DNA of 64,000 bases from Octopus sinensis (lineage: Eukaryota), in assembly GCF_006345805.1 (NCBI RefSeq), contig NC_043003.1:53010001-53074000 (forward strand). Direction: 5' to 3'. Made by a program: the position numbers and the translations under genes. This document shows positions 1 through 12,134 of the stretch, piece after piece. The stretch's first letter is position 1, and the number at the start of each line of letters is the position of its first letter. The notes beneath the pieces were generated by a model. It made no database searches. It was not told where the DNA came from and saw nothing but the letters and a program-made list of their open reading frames with translations.

Positions 1-210
1 TGCCCAGTAGTGCAATTTTCTGTATGTTATATGTGTTTGTAAGTCCTGGTGTTTTTGTTCTGTATTTGTCTGAATATTTTCTTATCATGCCTAATGCGCC
101 TACTATGATAGGAATTGTTTCTGTTTTTAGATTCCACATTCTGGTTACCTCTATTTCCAGGTCTTTGTATTTTGAAAGTTTCTCCATTTCTTTTAGAGAC
201 ACATTGTCAT
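1..210 (-). mobile_element. Dong/R4-clade LINE 3' fragment (RLE endonuclease C-terminus), cut by window edge
   Basis: Minus strand reads DNVSLKEMEKLSKYKDLEIEVTRMWNLKTETIPIIVGALG...QKIALLG; near-identical to the copies at 8055 and 9808; abuts (TTA)n. Confidence 0.85.
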
Positions 211-212
211 AA

Positions 213-251
<39 letters not shown>

Positions 252-410
252 AACCATAAGAAGAGCACGACTGTGATTGATAAAAGAGATTGACTCTGTT
301 TATTAAAATGAAAAGGAAACAAATGAACAATATTTCCATGTGTCTTTTGCCAGTTCTAAATATAAAATGAAATGAAATAAAAAAAAATAGGAAACGCTCA
401 TTCAAAATTG

Positions 411-464
411 AACCAGAATAACTGCGTTTCTTTTCACATATAACGACGTCATCAGTCTTTGGTA
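411..464 (-). ncRNA. Degenerate type-I hammerhead ribozyme motif downstream of a Penelope-like ORF
   Basis: Minus strand ACCAAAGA-CTGATGA-(18 nt)-GAAAC-GCA-GTT-ATTCTGGT: intact CUGAUGA and GAAA cores, ACCA/TGGT stem I, eroded stem II. Confidence 0.55.
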
Positions 465-541
465 TTTCATAAAAGGTAGCAGAAGGAAGGAAAGAAAGAC
501 AAAACAAAAAGAAAGGAAAGAATTGGGAAAATAAAATTTAT

Positions 542-1090
542 TCAGTCAAAAAGTTTAGTGTAAATATGGTGGAATTCACCTCCCTTTTTATTGATTCCTC
601 TAGGTGGAGATGTCAACAGTTCACAAATATATCTATCCTCATGGGTTTTGAGGACTGAAAGCGCAGTGGAGTGAGGGTATTTTATGAGAATGTGCACCTT
701 CAGGTCTTCCTCAAAATTACACCCGTTTGATGTGAAATGTTCCGCATGTTCTGTGGAATCACTGTTATTGTGCCTGACGTCGTACCTACGTCCGTTAAAT
801 CTTTTTTTATAATCGTTCTGTTGCTCAGCCAACATAAACCATTTTGCGTTTGGCACTTCCACCGCATACACCAAATGGGAATCCTTACAGGTCCCTCCTT
901 CTGTGTAAGTCATAACATTTCTGTTATAATTCTTGATGGAATTGGTCTGATACGTGTTATTGCACAACGAACAGGGCTTACCTCCTTTTTTGTGTGTTTT
1001 TGGAGGGTACAGCGTTCAGAAACAGCGATGGAGTCTTTATTTGAGGTACTGGTCAAAATTTCTCTAATATTCTTATTACGGCTACAATAG
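542..1090 (-). mobile_element. Penelope-like retroelement remnant, GIY-YIG endonuclease region (frameshifted)
   Basis: RNKNIREIL followed by TCKDSHLVYAVE...KRFNGRRYDVRH...HAEHF...EDRYICELLTSPPRGIN, matching the PLE GIY-YIG C-terminus. Confidence 0.8.
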
Positions 1091-1244
1091 CCGGAAGAGG
1101 AAATATTTGAAGATATTTTTCTGAAATATGTTGGAAACTGTCATGTAACACTTTTGAAATGCCAGCGAAACTTCGGTGCCAGTTAATCATTAAAGGAATT
1201 CGGCCATAAGCATTTTTCTGACTTTATTTTTTGTAGTATTTCAC

Positions 1245-2700
1245 TCAAGGGATTGGGGACACACCGTCTCCATGGAAGATTCCTCTCTTGATTTTCACCT
1301 CTCCTAGTACTAGCTTCCCTGCTGTCAATTCCGTTCTCCAGCATTTCATGCTACTCCATATAAGACTTCTCATATTTTCTGCTATTCCATACATTTCCAT
1401 TGCTGTTATTTTCCAGAAGTTTGCTGTTATTTTCCAGGAGTGTCTATTCATGGAGCTCTTCCACTTCATCCAATAACCTTGGACCCCATCCGATCCTGGT
1501 CTCTTCCAGTTTGGGAATTTTCTTAACTGCTTTTGTATCATTTTTGTAGTTATCTTTATGTATCTTGGACTTCTATATTTCTTAACCTATCTTGGATTTC
1601 AGGTAGCCACTCCGCTCCCTCATTATGCTCTACAGTTTGGTTCCAGATCCCACTCCTGAATGCCTTGCTTTCCACTGCATCTGGTATCCTTGTGACGTGT
1701 ATTTGTCCATCTAGTTCCTGAAACAGTTTCATCTGATTTGCTTGAAGCAATTTGTTTTGCCTGAACTGGCTTTTGCTATTGTCACATCTTTCCAGCTTTG
1801 CTTTAATTGCTCTTACTCTTTGTTTCAATTCTTCCAAAATCACAAAATAACCTTTATATCTTATTCTGTATGTTCTTTCCAGCATTATCCTTATACTTTC
1901 GTTCTGCAATTCCCCTTTTCTCAATCTATCAACTTGTCCTAAATGTCTTTTAAAATTTTTTCTCACAAATTTCTCTACGCCAGTATGGTTTTTAAAGTTC
2001 TATTTGTTCTTTTCTTTTGTATACAACTCTATCCGCAGTAACCATGGCTGCAACCCAAATAATCTTGTTGGTTTTAGTTATATTTCTCGCTCAAGAACCG
2101 AATCTATATTTTCGGTTTCAACCTTGAGCTTGTGCCGATCAATGTACCTCAGATTGGGCGGGATGCTTGGTCTTGATCTTCTCTACTATATCGGCACAAC
2201 GTCCTCACTATGTCTTGTTGGTCAGCATCGAATTCTTGTGATATAGCTCTTCCTATTACTTCTGCTTCATTTGCTGAGAATGCGATTACATTTACACTTT
2301 ACTCTACTTCTTTACAGTCGCCTTTCATTTTTCTGTTCTCGCTGGGCGCGCTGTCTTTCCCTCTTCTACTTTCTTTTTTATCTCTTCTATTTCTATGTCT
2401 GTTAATCACCCTTTTGCTCTTGCCTGGTCGGCTAATCGTTGCTCATTTGTTCCGAAGAGTCTTATCTCATTCCATTACGCTTTCATTCGTTGTCGGAATC
2501 CCCGTCTGCTGGGTTCACTTCTGATCCAGCATTCAGTAACTGTTCAGTTTCTCTCCGTATTCCATCTTCTTATCTGCCTCTGGCTTTGTGTACAAGGAGT
2601 CTCTGGATAACTACCGAACCTGGGCTGCTCAACCACAGAGCACCTGCCGGGCAAAAGGCTTTCACCTTTGGTTCAAGTCTCATTAACACCATTATTTGAT
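1245..2700 (-). mobile_element. Dong/R4 LINE, 5' half (N-terminal domain and partial RT), decayed
   Basis: EELKQRVRAIKAKLERC...QFRQNKLLQANQ; NWKRPGSDGVQGYWMK; IKRGIFHGDGVSP. Confidence 0.8.
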
Positions 2701-2959
2701 ACATTTGTATTAGACATTTCACTCAATATTGAAGTATGTGTTTCAAGGTTAGCCACCAACCGGTATTTTTACCGAGACACTATCTCTAGTAAGATTGTCA
2801 ACCAAGACGGCAGAACTCTTACTACCCGTAATGTGGGCCTGTTCCCTTCGCATTTCTGTGTGTTGGGGACCACGATCGTGATTCCTACTTGGAGACAGGT
2901 GAGCGTCAGTTGGTCCCGTATCTTCACCCAAATATTCCCCCATTTGCTCTCTTCATGTA

Positions 2960-3078
2960 TAGCTGATCAGTGTCTACACGTGGATGATGGACTCCATGAA
3001 TCGTCAGGAGCTTTCTTGACTTCCTGTCCATCTCCTTTAGCTCCTCCTCTGTCCACTTCAAGATTCCACTTCAGGATA
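2960..3078 (-). mobile_element. Short Dong/R4 post-RT fragment
   Basis: Same sequence (gatcagtgtct...ctctgtccacttca) as at ~12000-12095 and ~27790-27890. Confidence 0.65.
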
Positions 3079-3199
3079 TATTTTTATTATTATTATTATA
3101 ATTATTATTATTATTGTTGTTGTTGTTGTTGTTATTATTATTATTATTATCATTGTTATTATTGTTGTTGTTATTATTATTGTCGTTGTTGTTGCTGTC

Positions 3200-6110
3200 T
3201 TTGCACAGTTTCTATCGCTAGAGATGTACTACGGTATCAGCTGTTCACTACCAGGGAACTCAGGTAACATCCTGTAGTTTTCGAGCACCATCCGGAGTAT
3301 TCAAGCGGTTCCAATCTGTTATTTTCTGCAAGTGCTTTACCCTTATTGTACCTCTATTTGTTCCATGTACTTCTCAAGATTTTTACTCACTGTTCCCAGG
3401 GCTCCCACAATCATGGTTCTACTACCACCTTTTTCATTGACCATAACTACTTAATTCCCAAGCTAACCTGTCATATCTATCGACTTTTCTATCTTTCTTA
3501 TCTCATACCTTGTTGTTAGCTGGGCATGCTATATCTATGATCCAGCAGTCTCTTCTCTCTCTTTTTCTTGGTACATACAGTCTGTCTATGTCACTTTTTG
3601 AGCGAAGCATCCCATATCTTGTCAGTAACTTCTTATCTTTATGTTTAGTTCGTCTACTGTTCATGCGATTACCCCTGCTCCATATCTAAGGAGTGAAACC
3701 GCCCCAGTTGTTGATAGCTTCAATCATATTCCATCCGTTTAATTGCGACTTAAGGATCAGTCTCAGTCTGCGCAAGTAATCCACCTTAAATTTTTCTGTC
3801 ATTTATTTCTCCATCAATTTATCTATTTCCAATATCCCCAAGTACTTATAGTCCGTCTCTTCTATCTGCTTCATAACCTCCCCCGACGGTATCTCTAGCC
3901 CGTCAATACATTTGATTTTGCCTCTCTTCAAGACTAACACACCACGCTTTTTCAGTTCAAACTCCATTCTGAAATCAGCACTGAAAGTATACACCGTATC
4001 AACGAGGGAACTGACTTCTGATTCATCGTTACCATAAAGTTTGAGGACGTCCATGAATAACAAGTGGTTGACTTTTTGCTGGCGGCTTTTGAATACATAC
4101 CCAGCCGTTGCTTTCCTCAGAATCAGTGTTAGTGGTATCATGCACTGTACAAAGATCAGTGGGAACAAGCAGTCTCCTTAGAAATACCTCTTCTGATTTC
4201 TATTGTCCCTAAATATTGTCCTCCACTTCGCCATACTTTTTCTAAGCAATCACTCAACATTCGATGCAGTACAAAATAGGTTCATACATTCCATAATCCA
4301 AGAATGTGGGATCACATCGTACGCTTTACGATAATCAATCCATGTCATGGCTAAGTTAGTTTCTTCCTCTTGCTGTCTCTAAGTACAGTTTTGTCTACCA
4401 GGAGTTGATCCTTGGTACCTCTGCACTTACGCTTACAACCTTTCTGATAATGTGGCAGGACACCATTTTTTCCAGATGTCTGTACATTGACTGTGTGACT
4501 ATTCCTGTCAATAATTTCCACTTAAGTGACAAGCAGGATATCGGCCTGTAATTGTTTACCGTATTGCCTTTTCCGATGTTTTTCAAGCAGAGCACTGTCA
4601 TACCCATTGTCACCACTCTGGTGTTACTTGGTCGACATTTAACAAGGTGTTGAGTTGTGCAGCTATTAGTGCATGACATTCACCAAATCTTTTGATCCAG
4701 TAGCCTTGAACTGTATCTGGTCCCGGGACTTCCAGTTGCCCAATTTTTGCTGATTTCCTTCACTTCCTTAACTGAAATGACTAGTTCTAACTGTTTTGTA
4801 CAGACTACTGTTTGTTTCAGTTCTTGCAACCATTCAGCATCCATCTTGTGCTCCTTGTCTTTGCTCCAGATGTCACTCCAAAACCTTTGACTTTCACTGT
4901 TATCTAGTATCAACTTTTCATCTGTACACGCTCCATTTATTTCTTTGTAGAATCTCTTCTGATCTACTCTGAATAACCTATTCTGCTGGCAACCCGTCAT
5001 TCTTTGGTTGTATATTACCATCTTTTTACTTTCTTTGCAACGAGGCACTGTTTCAATTCCTCCGTTACCACTTTCAGGCCCTTTCTTTCAATATTATATT
5101 TCCTGTTCAGTTCCCTGTATTTTTGTTCGCTTTTAACTTCCCCCTTTTCTTTTCGGTCTAACACAGAAATGTCATTCAAGAGCATATCTAACGCCGCCTG
5201 TATTCTTCTTTTCCACCATGGATCTTTTCTTTTGTCACTCCCATTATATTTCATTTTCTTGACATAAACACCCACATTTTCTGCTACTGCAATACTTGCT
5301 GCCTGGATCAAATTATTTGTTCTGTAATGTTTTCTGTTCTGATGTATTTCAGAATTTCATTCACATTTTTCGTTGCTTGGTTCAATTTCCACCGATCAAC
5401 CTTTTTAAGTTTGCAAATAATGTCGTTATCTTTCTCCTGTAGCCCAGCCCTTATTCTGTCGTAGATTGCCTTTTGCCCATCTGCCTTGTCACCATCAGTT
5501 TTATAGCCTTCCAAACCATCTTTATGTCTCTCATCAAGTATGCTACCATTGTTCCTTTCCTGTGATTTATTAGAGATTTCACCACTGTTTTCTGCTACGA
5601 GATTACTTTTATCAGTAGGAACTGTATTTTCATCGCTTCCTCTGCTGCTGTTTTCCAATACCCGTCTTTTGATAGCTTTGAGCTCTACTTCTGTGAACTA
5701 ACGATATTTTGTTATTGCTCTAGCTTGATCACATAATCTCTGTTCCGTGAGTTGAAACATTCCTCTTTTACTCCATTAATCATACATACGTTGTCGGTAT
5801 CCCCTAAGAAGAACACCATTTTGTTCATGGTTGCTCAGGAAGTAACACTCCATGACCACTGCATTGATTTATTTGTTCCATCTACGTTATGTATATGGTC
5901 CTTTGTTGGATAACAACAGGCTGAAATCGGACCAGTATCTCTGAGCTTGCCGGGTGTAACACTGTCACCATCAAGGGATTCAGTTTCATTACCTCCGTTA
6001 TTCACAATATTTTGTTTATTCATTGTCACTCATATGAGGTAGTGATTACCAGTGTTTTTATTGTGACACCATCACTAGATTATCATCAATCAGAACATGG
6101 GGAGATTCCA
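3200..6110 (-). mobile_element. Dong/R4 LINE, near full length with an internal deletion near 3550
   Basis: N-terminal TEQRLCDQARAI; RT motifs [24 protein letters not shown]; sequence jumps from DIDRLYVPRK to the RLE domain; microsatellites at both ends. Confidence 0.88.
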
Positions 6111-6120
6111 ACCGCTTACT

Positions 6121-6141
6121 TTCATTCTTCTTCTTCTTCTT

Positions 6142-6224
<83 letters not shown>

Positions 6225-6252
6225 CATCCTCCTCCTCCTCCTCCTCCTCCTC

Positions 6253-6322
<70 letters not shown>

Positions 6323-6325
6323 CTG
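6121..6325. repeat. Compound trinucleotide microsatellite (TTC)n(TTA)n(TCC)n(TCA)n
   Basis: Read directly from the sequence. Confidence 0.97.
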
Positions 6326-6489
6326 ATATTATTATTTTCATTTTTTTTATTACTATTCGTCATTGTTAATAATTCCTCTGATCCGACATGAATTTTGGCT
6401 AAATTATTGTTATTATCATTATCACCATCATTATTATTATTTCCATTTATTATTAAAAGGTATTATTGAATGTTGTTTAGTTTCAACTT

Positions 6490-6745
6490 TTGTCTTGTAC
6501 TTGAGATGATCATAAATATGTGAGAGTTTTAGGGAGAAATAGTAACAAGAGTGACTGCTTGGTGAACAGATTAAATTCTACAGGTGTGTAAATAGATTCA
6601 GCAGATGATGAAGAGATCAGCAATAGGCATTCCTGTGCGATAAGGAGACAAAAGCGGCCTTACACTCTTGGTGTCAGCAGAAGTCAAATGTGTTTGCTAC
6701 TATTAGTAATCAATGAGAGCGCTGACCTTAGCCTTGAAAAGAACC
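6490..6745 (-). mobile_element. Possible very old Jockey/CR1-type LINE 3' remnant
   Basis: Minus-strand FKAKVSALIDY and SLSHRNA loosely resemble the YKAQVRP.LEY and SL.HRR motifs; many stops. Confidence 0.3.
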
Positions 6746-7089
6746 AATTCAACTTGTTCTGTTTTTAATTACTGATAAAAAAATAATTATATATATATGT
6801 ATATATATAATATAATATATATATACATATATATTATATATATGTATGTGTGTGTGGTGTGTGTGTGTGCGTGTATGTATGTATGTATGTATGTATGTAT
6901 GTATGTATGTATGTATGTGTTGATGTTCACCTCGTTGAATTTTTGAATGTTTTTCCTTGGAAATTTTTCTTTTCATAAGTTTTGCTGTGGTTTATAGTTT
7001 TTGTAATTGTGCAGTTTGTATATATTGGTAGGTACTTACCTCCTTAATTTTTTGTTTTTTATTGTGCATTTAATTGTGTTGTTATAATA

Positions 7090-7565
7090 AAAGGCATGTT
7101 TACATATTCGGGTTGTTAGAGAAAAAAGAAAGATAAATTTTTCACACAAAATTGTAGATATTAAAATTTATAAACTTTTTAGAGATGTTTGTTTGTATCT
7201 TGGAAGACTTTAGTATTTTTGCAATGAAAAGGATGTTTACATTTTCAAATACTCAGGGAGAAAGGAAAAGAAAGAAAAGGAAAGTAAAATTTTCACAGAA
7301 AATTGTAGATATTAAAGTTTTAAAATTTACTAAAGATGATCTTTTGTATGTCCGAACAGAGAAAACTGTAGTGTTCTTAGAATAAAAAGTATGTTTACAC
7401 TTTCGAATACTCAGAGAGAAAGGAAAGGATAGGTATTCACAAAAGTTTTAGATATTAAAGTTTTTAAAGCTGATCGTTTGTGTTTTCGAAAACTGGAGAT
7501 ATGTCAGTTTCTTAACTTATTTTGAGGAAAATTTAAAATATTCACAGGAAATTGTACATATTCCA
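7090..7565. repeat. Degenerate tandem repeat, ~3.3 units of ~140-160 bp
   Basis: atgtttaca...ttcaca.aaaa.t.tagatattaaa recurs at about 7096, 7233 and 7391, with a partial unit at 7541. Confidence 0.75.
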
Positions 7566-7681
7566 GTCTTTGAGAGTTATTTTTCTGTTGTTCTATTGGG
7601 TTGTATTAGTGTTGCTGTGTCTTCGGCTGCTAACTGGTCAGAGCAACGAAGAACTCGTCCAGCCGCTGTCAAGGCTGGCGC

Positions 7682-7825
7682 TCTTCTTCTTCTTCTTCTT
7701 CTTCTTCTTCTTCTTCTTCTTCTTCTTCTTCTTCTTCTTCTCTTCTTCTTCTTCTTCTTCTCTTCTTCTTCTTCTTCTTCTTCTTCTTCTTCTTCTTCTT
7801 CTTCTTCTTCTTCTTCTTCTTCTCC
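7682..7825. repeat. (TTC)n microsatellite
   Basis: Read directly from the sequence. Confidence 0.97.
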
Positions 7826-7964
7826 AAGTCTGAGACCTCAAGAGACAACACGTTAGAAGTTCATGTTGGTGTTATGCCTAGGTTGCAATATATCTGTTTT
7901 TGTACATCGTGTTATCCTAGAGAATGTTTAAGAAACCATTAGAAAATCATGTTTGTTATTATTA

Positions 7965-8020
<56 letters not shown>

Positions 8021-8054
8021 ATTTTATTATTATTAATATTATTATTATTATTAT

Positions 8055-8745
8055 TCAGTAGTTTTATTTTTATAGCGTGCTTTCACTTCACTACCGAGCA
8101 CAGCTCTGTGTGCCTTGGGTATGTGCTGTGATTTGTTGTGATGCTCTGATGGTTATTGTATGGAAAGTGTTCTGCGTAGGATGTGTGCAGTGCCTAGTAG
8201 TGCAATTTTCTGTATGTTATATGTGTTTGTAAGTCCTGGTGTTTTTGTTATGTATTTGTCTGAATATTTTTTTATCATGCCTAATGATAGGAATTGATAG
8301 GAATTGTTTCTGTTTTCAGATTCCACATTCTAGTTACCTCTATTTCCAGGTCTTTGTATTTTGAGAGTTTCTCCATTTCTTTTAGAGACACGTTGTCATC
8401 AGCCGGTATTGATACATCAATTAGAAAGCATTTTTTTCTTCATGATCTCTGACAACTATATCTGGTCTGTTGGCCTTATTTCTCTATCTGTGTGTATCGG
8501 CATATCCCAGAGTATGGTTGCTTTCTCGTTTTCTGTGACCTTTTCTGGTGTGTGCCTATACCATCTTTTTTCTGTCGTTATTCCATAATGTTGGCATAGC
8601 TTCCAGTGTATGTAGGTTCCAACTCTGTCATGTCTGTGAATATATTCCTTCTTAGCCAGGACTGGGCAGCTAGAGATAATATGATTTATTGTTTCTTGTC
8701 CATCTCCACATATTCTGCAGTTACTTGTAATATTTCTTTTCATTA
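8055..8745 (-). mobile_element. Dong/R4 LINE, 5'-truncated copy (CCHC knuckle, RLE, 3' UTR)
   Basis: CRICGDGQETINHIISSCPVLAKKEYIHRHD...ILWDMPIHTDR; (TTA)n on both sides. Confidence 0.9.
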
Positions 8746-8747
8746 CA

Positions 8748-8804
<57 letters not shown>

Positions 8805-9471
8805 TTTTTTTTCTTCTTTCAAATTTGCTTCCATTTCTTGCCGAGTGTCTTCCCGACTCCTAGGGCAAAGAAACTCATAGTATACATTGGTAGGCCATTA
8901 AACCAAACTCAATAGTTCATTCATTTTTTTTTTTCAAGTTAAAAAACTATTACTACATGGGTAGTAATAGTTCTCACATCGACAATGCTCTTCTCAATAC
9001 GTGCGATGTACCAGTTAAGACAATCTTTTGCACTTCTTGCAGGGATGGTAAGCCAGCGATCATTCTCATATAATTTTCGGTTCCCTTCTTGATCATTCCT
9101 AGTGCTCCTACGATCACTGGTATTGTAACCGCCTTGAGATGCCACATTTTCTCAATTTCAATGAGTAGGTCTTTATATTTTCTGAGCTTGTCAAACTCTT
9201 TCGCTGAGATATTATGATCACAGGGGATGCTCATGTCGATCAATAAGCAAACTTTATTGTTTTGATCTTTCACAACAATATCTGGTTTATTGGCCTTGAT
9301 GGTTCGGTCTGTATGAATTGGAAAGTCCCACAGAATGGTTACATTTTCTCCTTCAGTTACAGCCTCAGGGTGGTGATTATACCACTTGTCGGCAGTTTTG
9401 ATATTGTAATGCCGACTTATTAGCCAGTGTAGATATTGGCCAACTCTGTCATGTCTTAATTTATACTCCAC
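8805..9471 (-). mobile_element. Dong/R4 LINE, 5'-truncated copy of a second subfamily with an open RLE frame
   Basis: ORF 8974-9471: RHD...ILWDFPIHTDRTIKANKPDIVV...LIDMSIP...EFDKLRKYKDL...PVIVGALG; distinct 3' UTR; (TTA)n on both sides. Confidence 0.92.
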
Positions 9472-9522
9472 TTATTATTATTATTATTATTATTATTGTT
9501 ATTGTTGTTGTTGTTGTTGTTG

Positions 9523-9564
<42 letters not shown>

Positions 9565-9725
9565 TTATTAATATCATTATTATTGTGTACAGGATCTTAT
9601 TTCAGATATTCTCATCTTAAAAATCATCTCCGGTTAATCGTTGAGAGGACGATGGTGTTGCGTTGGCGGGGGATTTGCTCTCTCTGACTGCTCTTTTAGT
9701 ATCATCATTATTGTTATTATTATTA

Positions 9726-9789
<64 letters not shown>

Positions 9790-9807
9790 ATTATTATTAT
9801 TATTATT

Positions 9808-10358
9808 CAGTAGTTTTATTTTTATAGCGTGCTTTCATTTCACTACCGAGCACAGCTCTGTGTGCCTTGGGTATGTGCTGAGATTTGTTGTGATGCTCTG
9901 ATGGTTATTGTATGGAAAGTGTTCTGCGTAGGATGTGTGCAGTGCCCAGTAGTGCAATTTTCTGTATGTTATATGTGTTTGTAAGTCCTGGTGTTTTTGT
10001 TTTGTATTTGTTTGAATATTTTTTATCATGCCTAATGCACCTACTATGATAGGAATTGTTTCTGTTTTTAGATTTCACATTCTGGTTACCTCTATTTCTA
10101 GGTCTTTGTATTTTGAGAGTTTCTCCATTTCTTTTAGAGACACGTTGTCATCTGCCAGTATTGATACATCAATTAGAAAACATTTTTTTCTTCATGATCT
10201 CTGACAACTATATCTGGTCTGTTGGCCTTAATTTCTCTATCTGTGTGTATCGGCATATTCCAGAGTATGGTTGCTTTCTCGTTTTCTGTGACCTTTTCTG
10301 GTGTGTGCCTATACCATCTTTTTTCTGTTGTTATTCCATAATGTTGGCATAGCTTCCA
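9808..10358 (-). mobile_element. Dong/R4 LINE, 5'-truncated copy (same subfamily as 8055-8745)
   Basis: Near-identical 3' end (cagtagttttatttttatagcgtgctttca); (TTA)n on both sides. Confidence 0.9.
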
Positions 10359-10422
10359 ATATTATTATTATATTATTATTATTATATTATTATTATTATT
10401 ATTATATTATTATATTATTATT

Positions 10423-10975
10423 GAGTGAGCGAGCAGAGCATGCCATCAAAGTGACACTGGGGTAAAATATACGAAGCCCAATATACCCATCATGACTACC
10501 CGTCTGATAAGGGTACACCAGGCACATGCATCACAACCATATGTGCGCGACATGGTGATCTCATATCAAGATAAACAGCACATGACCTTGCAGGTGGAGC
10601 CCAGTTAGAATTTTCTTCAGATCGAGTAACCCATCCCGCTCAAAAGGTCCCTGAATAAGGGTTGTTTAAGGACGTTGAACGAAACACCCATGTTTCCAGA
10701 GGTGAATTATTCAAACCCAAAGAATCCTTCTCAACACATGGCTATGATGCTCCCCCACTACTCTGCTCGTGATCAGAGATGCACATATCGTCAGCCACTA
10801 AGGGACATGCTCAACTGGTTAAGGTCAAACAACTGACAAGCAAATCTGTGGTATTGAGCAGAATATTTGCTGTAGCCCATCTTTTATACCAAAACAAAAC
10901 AATGTACATGATAACACTTCCAATCAGTTAAGATCAGAAGCCATGAGAGCCACTGCCTGGTACTGAATCAGGGCG
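10423..10975 (-). mobile_element. ~550-bp non-coding repeat unit in (TAA)n, full-length copy; SINE-like with a 5S-like head
   Basis: Three copies in the window share both termini; no ORF; flanked by (TTA)n; strand inferred. Confidence 0.8.
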
Positions 10976-11027
<52 letters not shown>

Positions 11028-11044
11028 TATTATTATTATTATTA

Positions 11045-12098
11045 TTTTCTCCTTATCACAATTTTGTTGGAGCTCCTGGAGTCTTGCACGTGTTGCGGGC
11101 TAACTACCTGTACCATGCTATTCCTTCTTTTCGGCTATCTAATACTTTTCTGAATATTCTGGCCGTGCCAAGAGGGTAAACCTTTTGTAGCAGTTCTATC
11201 GGGCACTGTATTCCAATTTCCTATATATTCCTCTTGATGCCTTCTGATACTGTTACCAAGGACTCATCAATAATTGGCACTATCTTCACCTTCTTCATTT
11301 TCCATTGGCGGGCTATTACTTGCATGCGGAGCGAGCTGACTTTTTGCAGCCTACGGTATACTTTCCTGATTATTCTGGGCGTGCCAAGTAGGTAAGCCTG
11401 TTGTACTGGGTACTCAATTCCAATTTTCTTTATATTCCTCTTGATGCCTTCCGATACTGTCCCCAAGAACCCAACAATGATTGGCACTTCACCTTTTTCA
11501 TTTACCATAGTCGGGTAATTTCGTACTTAAGAGAATTGTATCTATCAATCTTTTCACCTTCCTTCTTGAATATTCGTGGATCAAACGGGCATGCAACATC
11601 AACTATATAACATATGTGGTGCACCTTGTCCACCACCACTAGGTCTGGTCTGTTATGCTCTAGCACCTGATCTGTTTGGATTGGGAAATCCCAGAGGATG
11701 TTGCTAGTCTCCAACTCTGCCACTCTCTACAGTTTTTTTTCACCAACTTCTGTTGTGGTTACACGGAATTGATTGTGTAGTCCCTTGTTGCGTAATTCTT
11801 CTTCGTGTCCTTTTTGTACTTCTTTCTTTGTTTTCCCTTTTTCTCTGCTCTCAATACTTCCTCGTTCCTAACTGTGGCTAGCAAGGTTTCCTTACTTTGG
11901 GCTAGGTATCTCATTAAATTCTCGAGTTCGATAAGCACGCAGTCTTCCACACTTATCAGTCTCCTTCCTCCATTTGCTTTCTTCATTTATAGGCGATCAG
12001 TGTCTACTCATGAATGATGGGCTTCATGCATCGTTAGAAGCTTTCTTGACTTCCTGTCCATCTCCTTTAGCTCCTTCTCTGTCCACTTCAGGATTCTA
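11045..12098 (-). mobile_element. Dong/R4 LINE 3' part, third subfamily, with a duplicated 3' end and internal deletion
   Basis: GGRRLISVEDC; ILWDFPIQTDQVLEHNRPDLVVVDK...IVDVACPFD; the PII.G.LGTVSEGIKRNI segment occurs twice. Confidence 0.88.
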
Positions 12099-12134
12099 GT
12101 ATTATTATATTGTTGTCGTTGTTGTTATTTTTAT

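Noticed and set aside
6012-6369. Poly-S/Y/P/H and poly-D/E/N/K ORFs
   Set aside because: Translations of compound microsatellites
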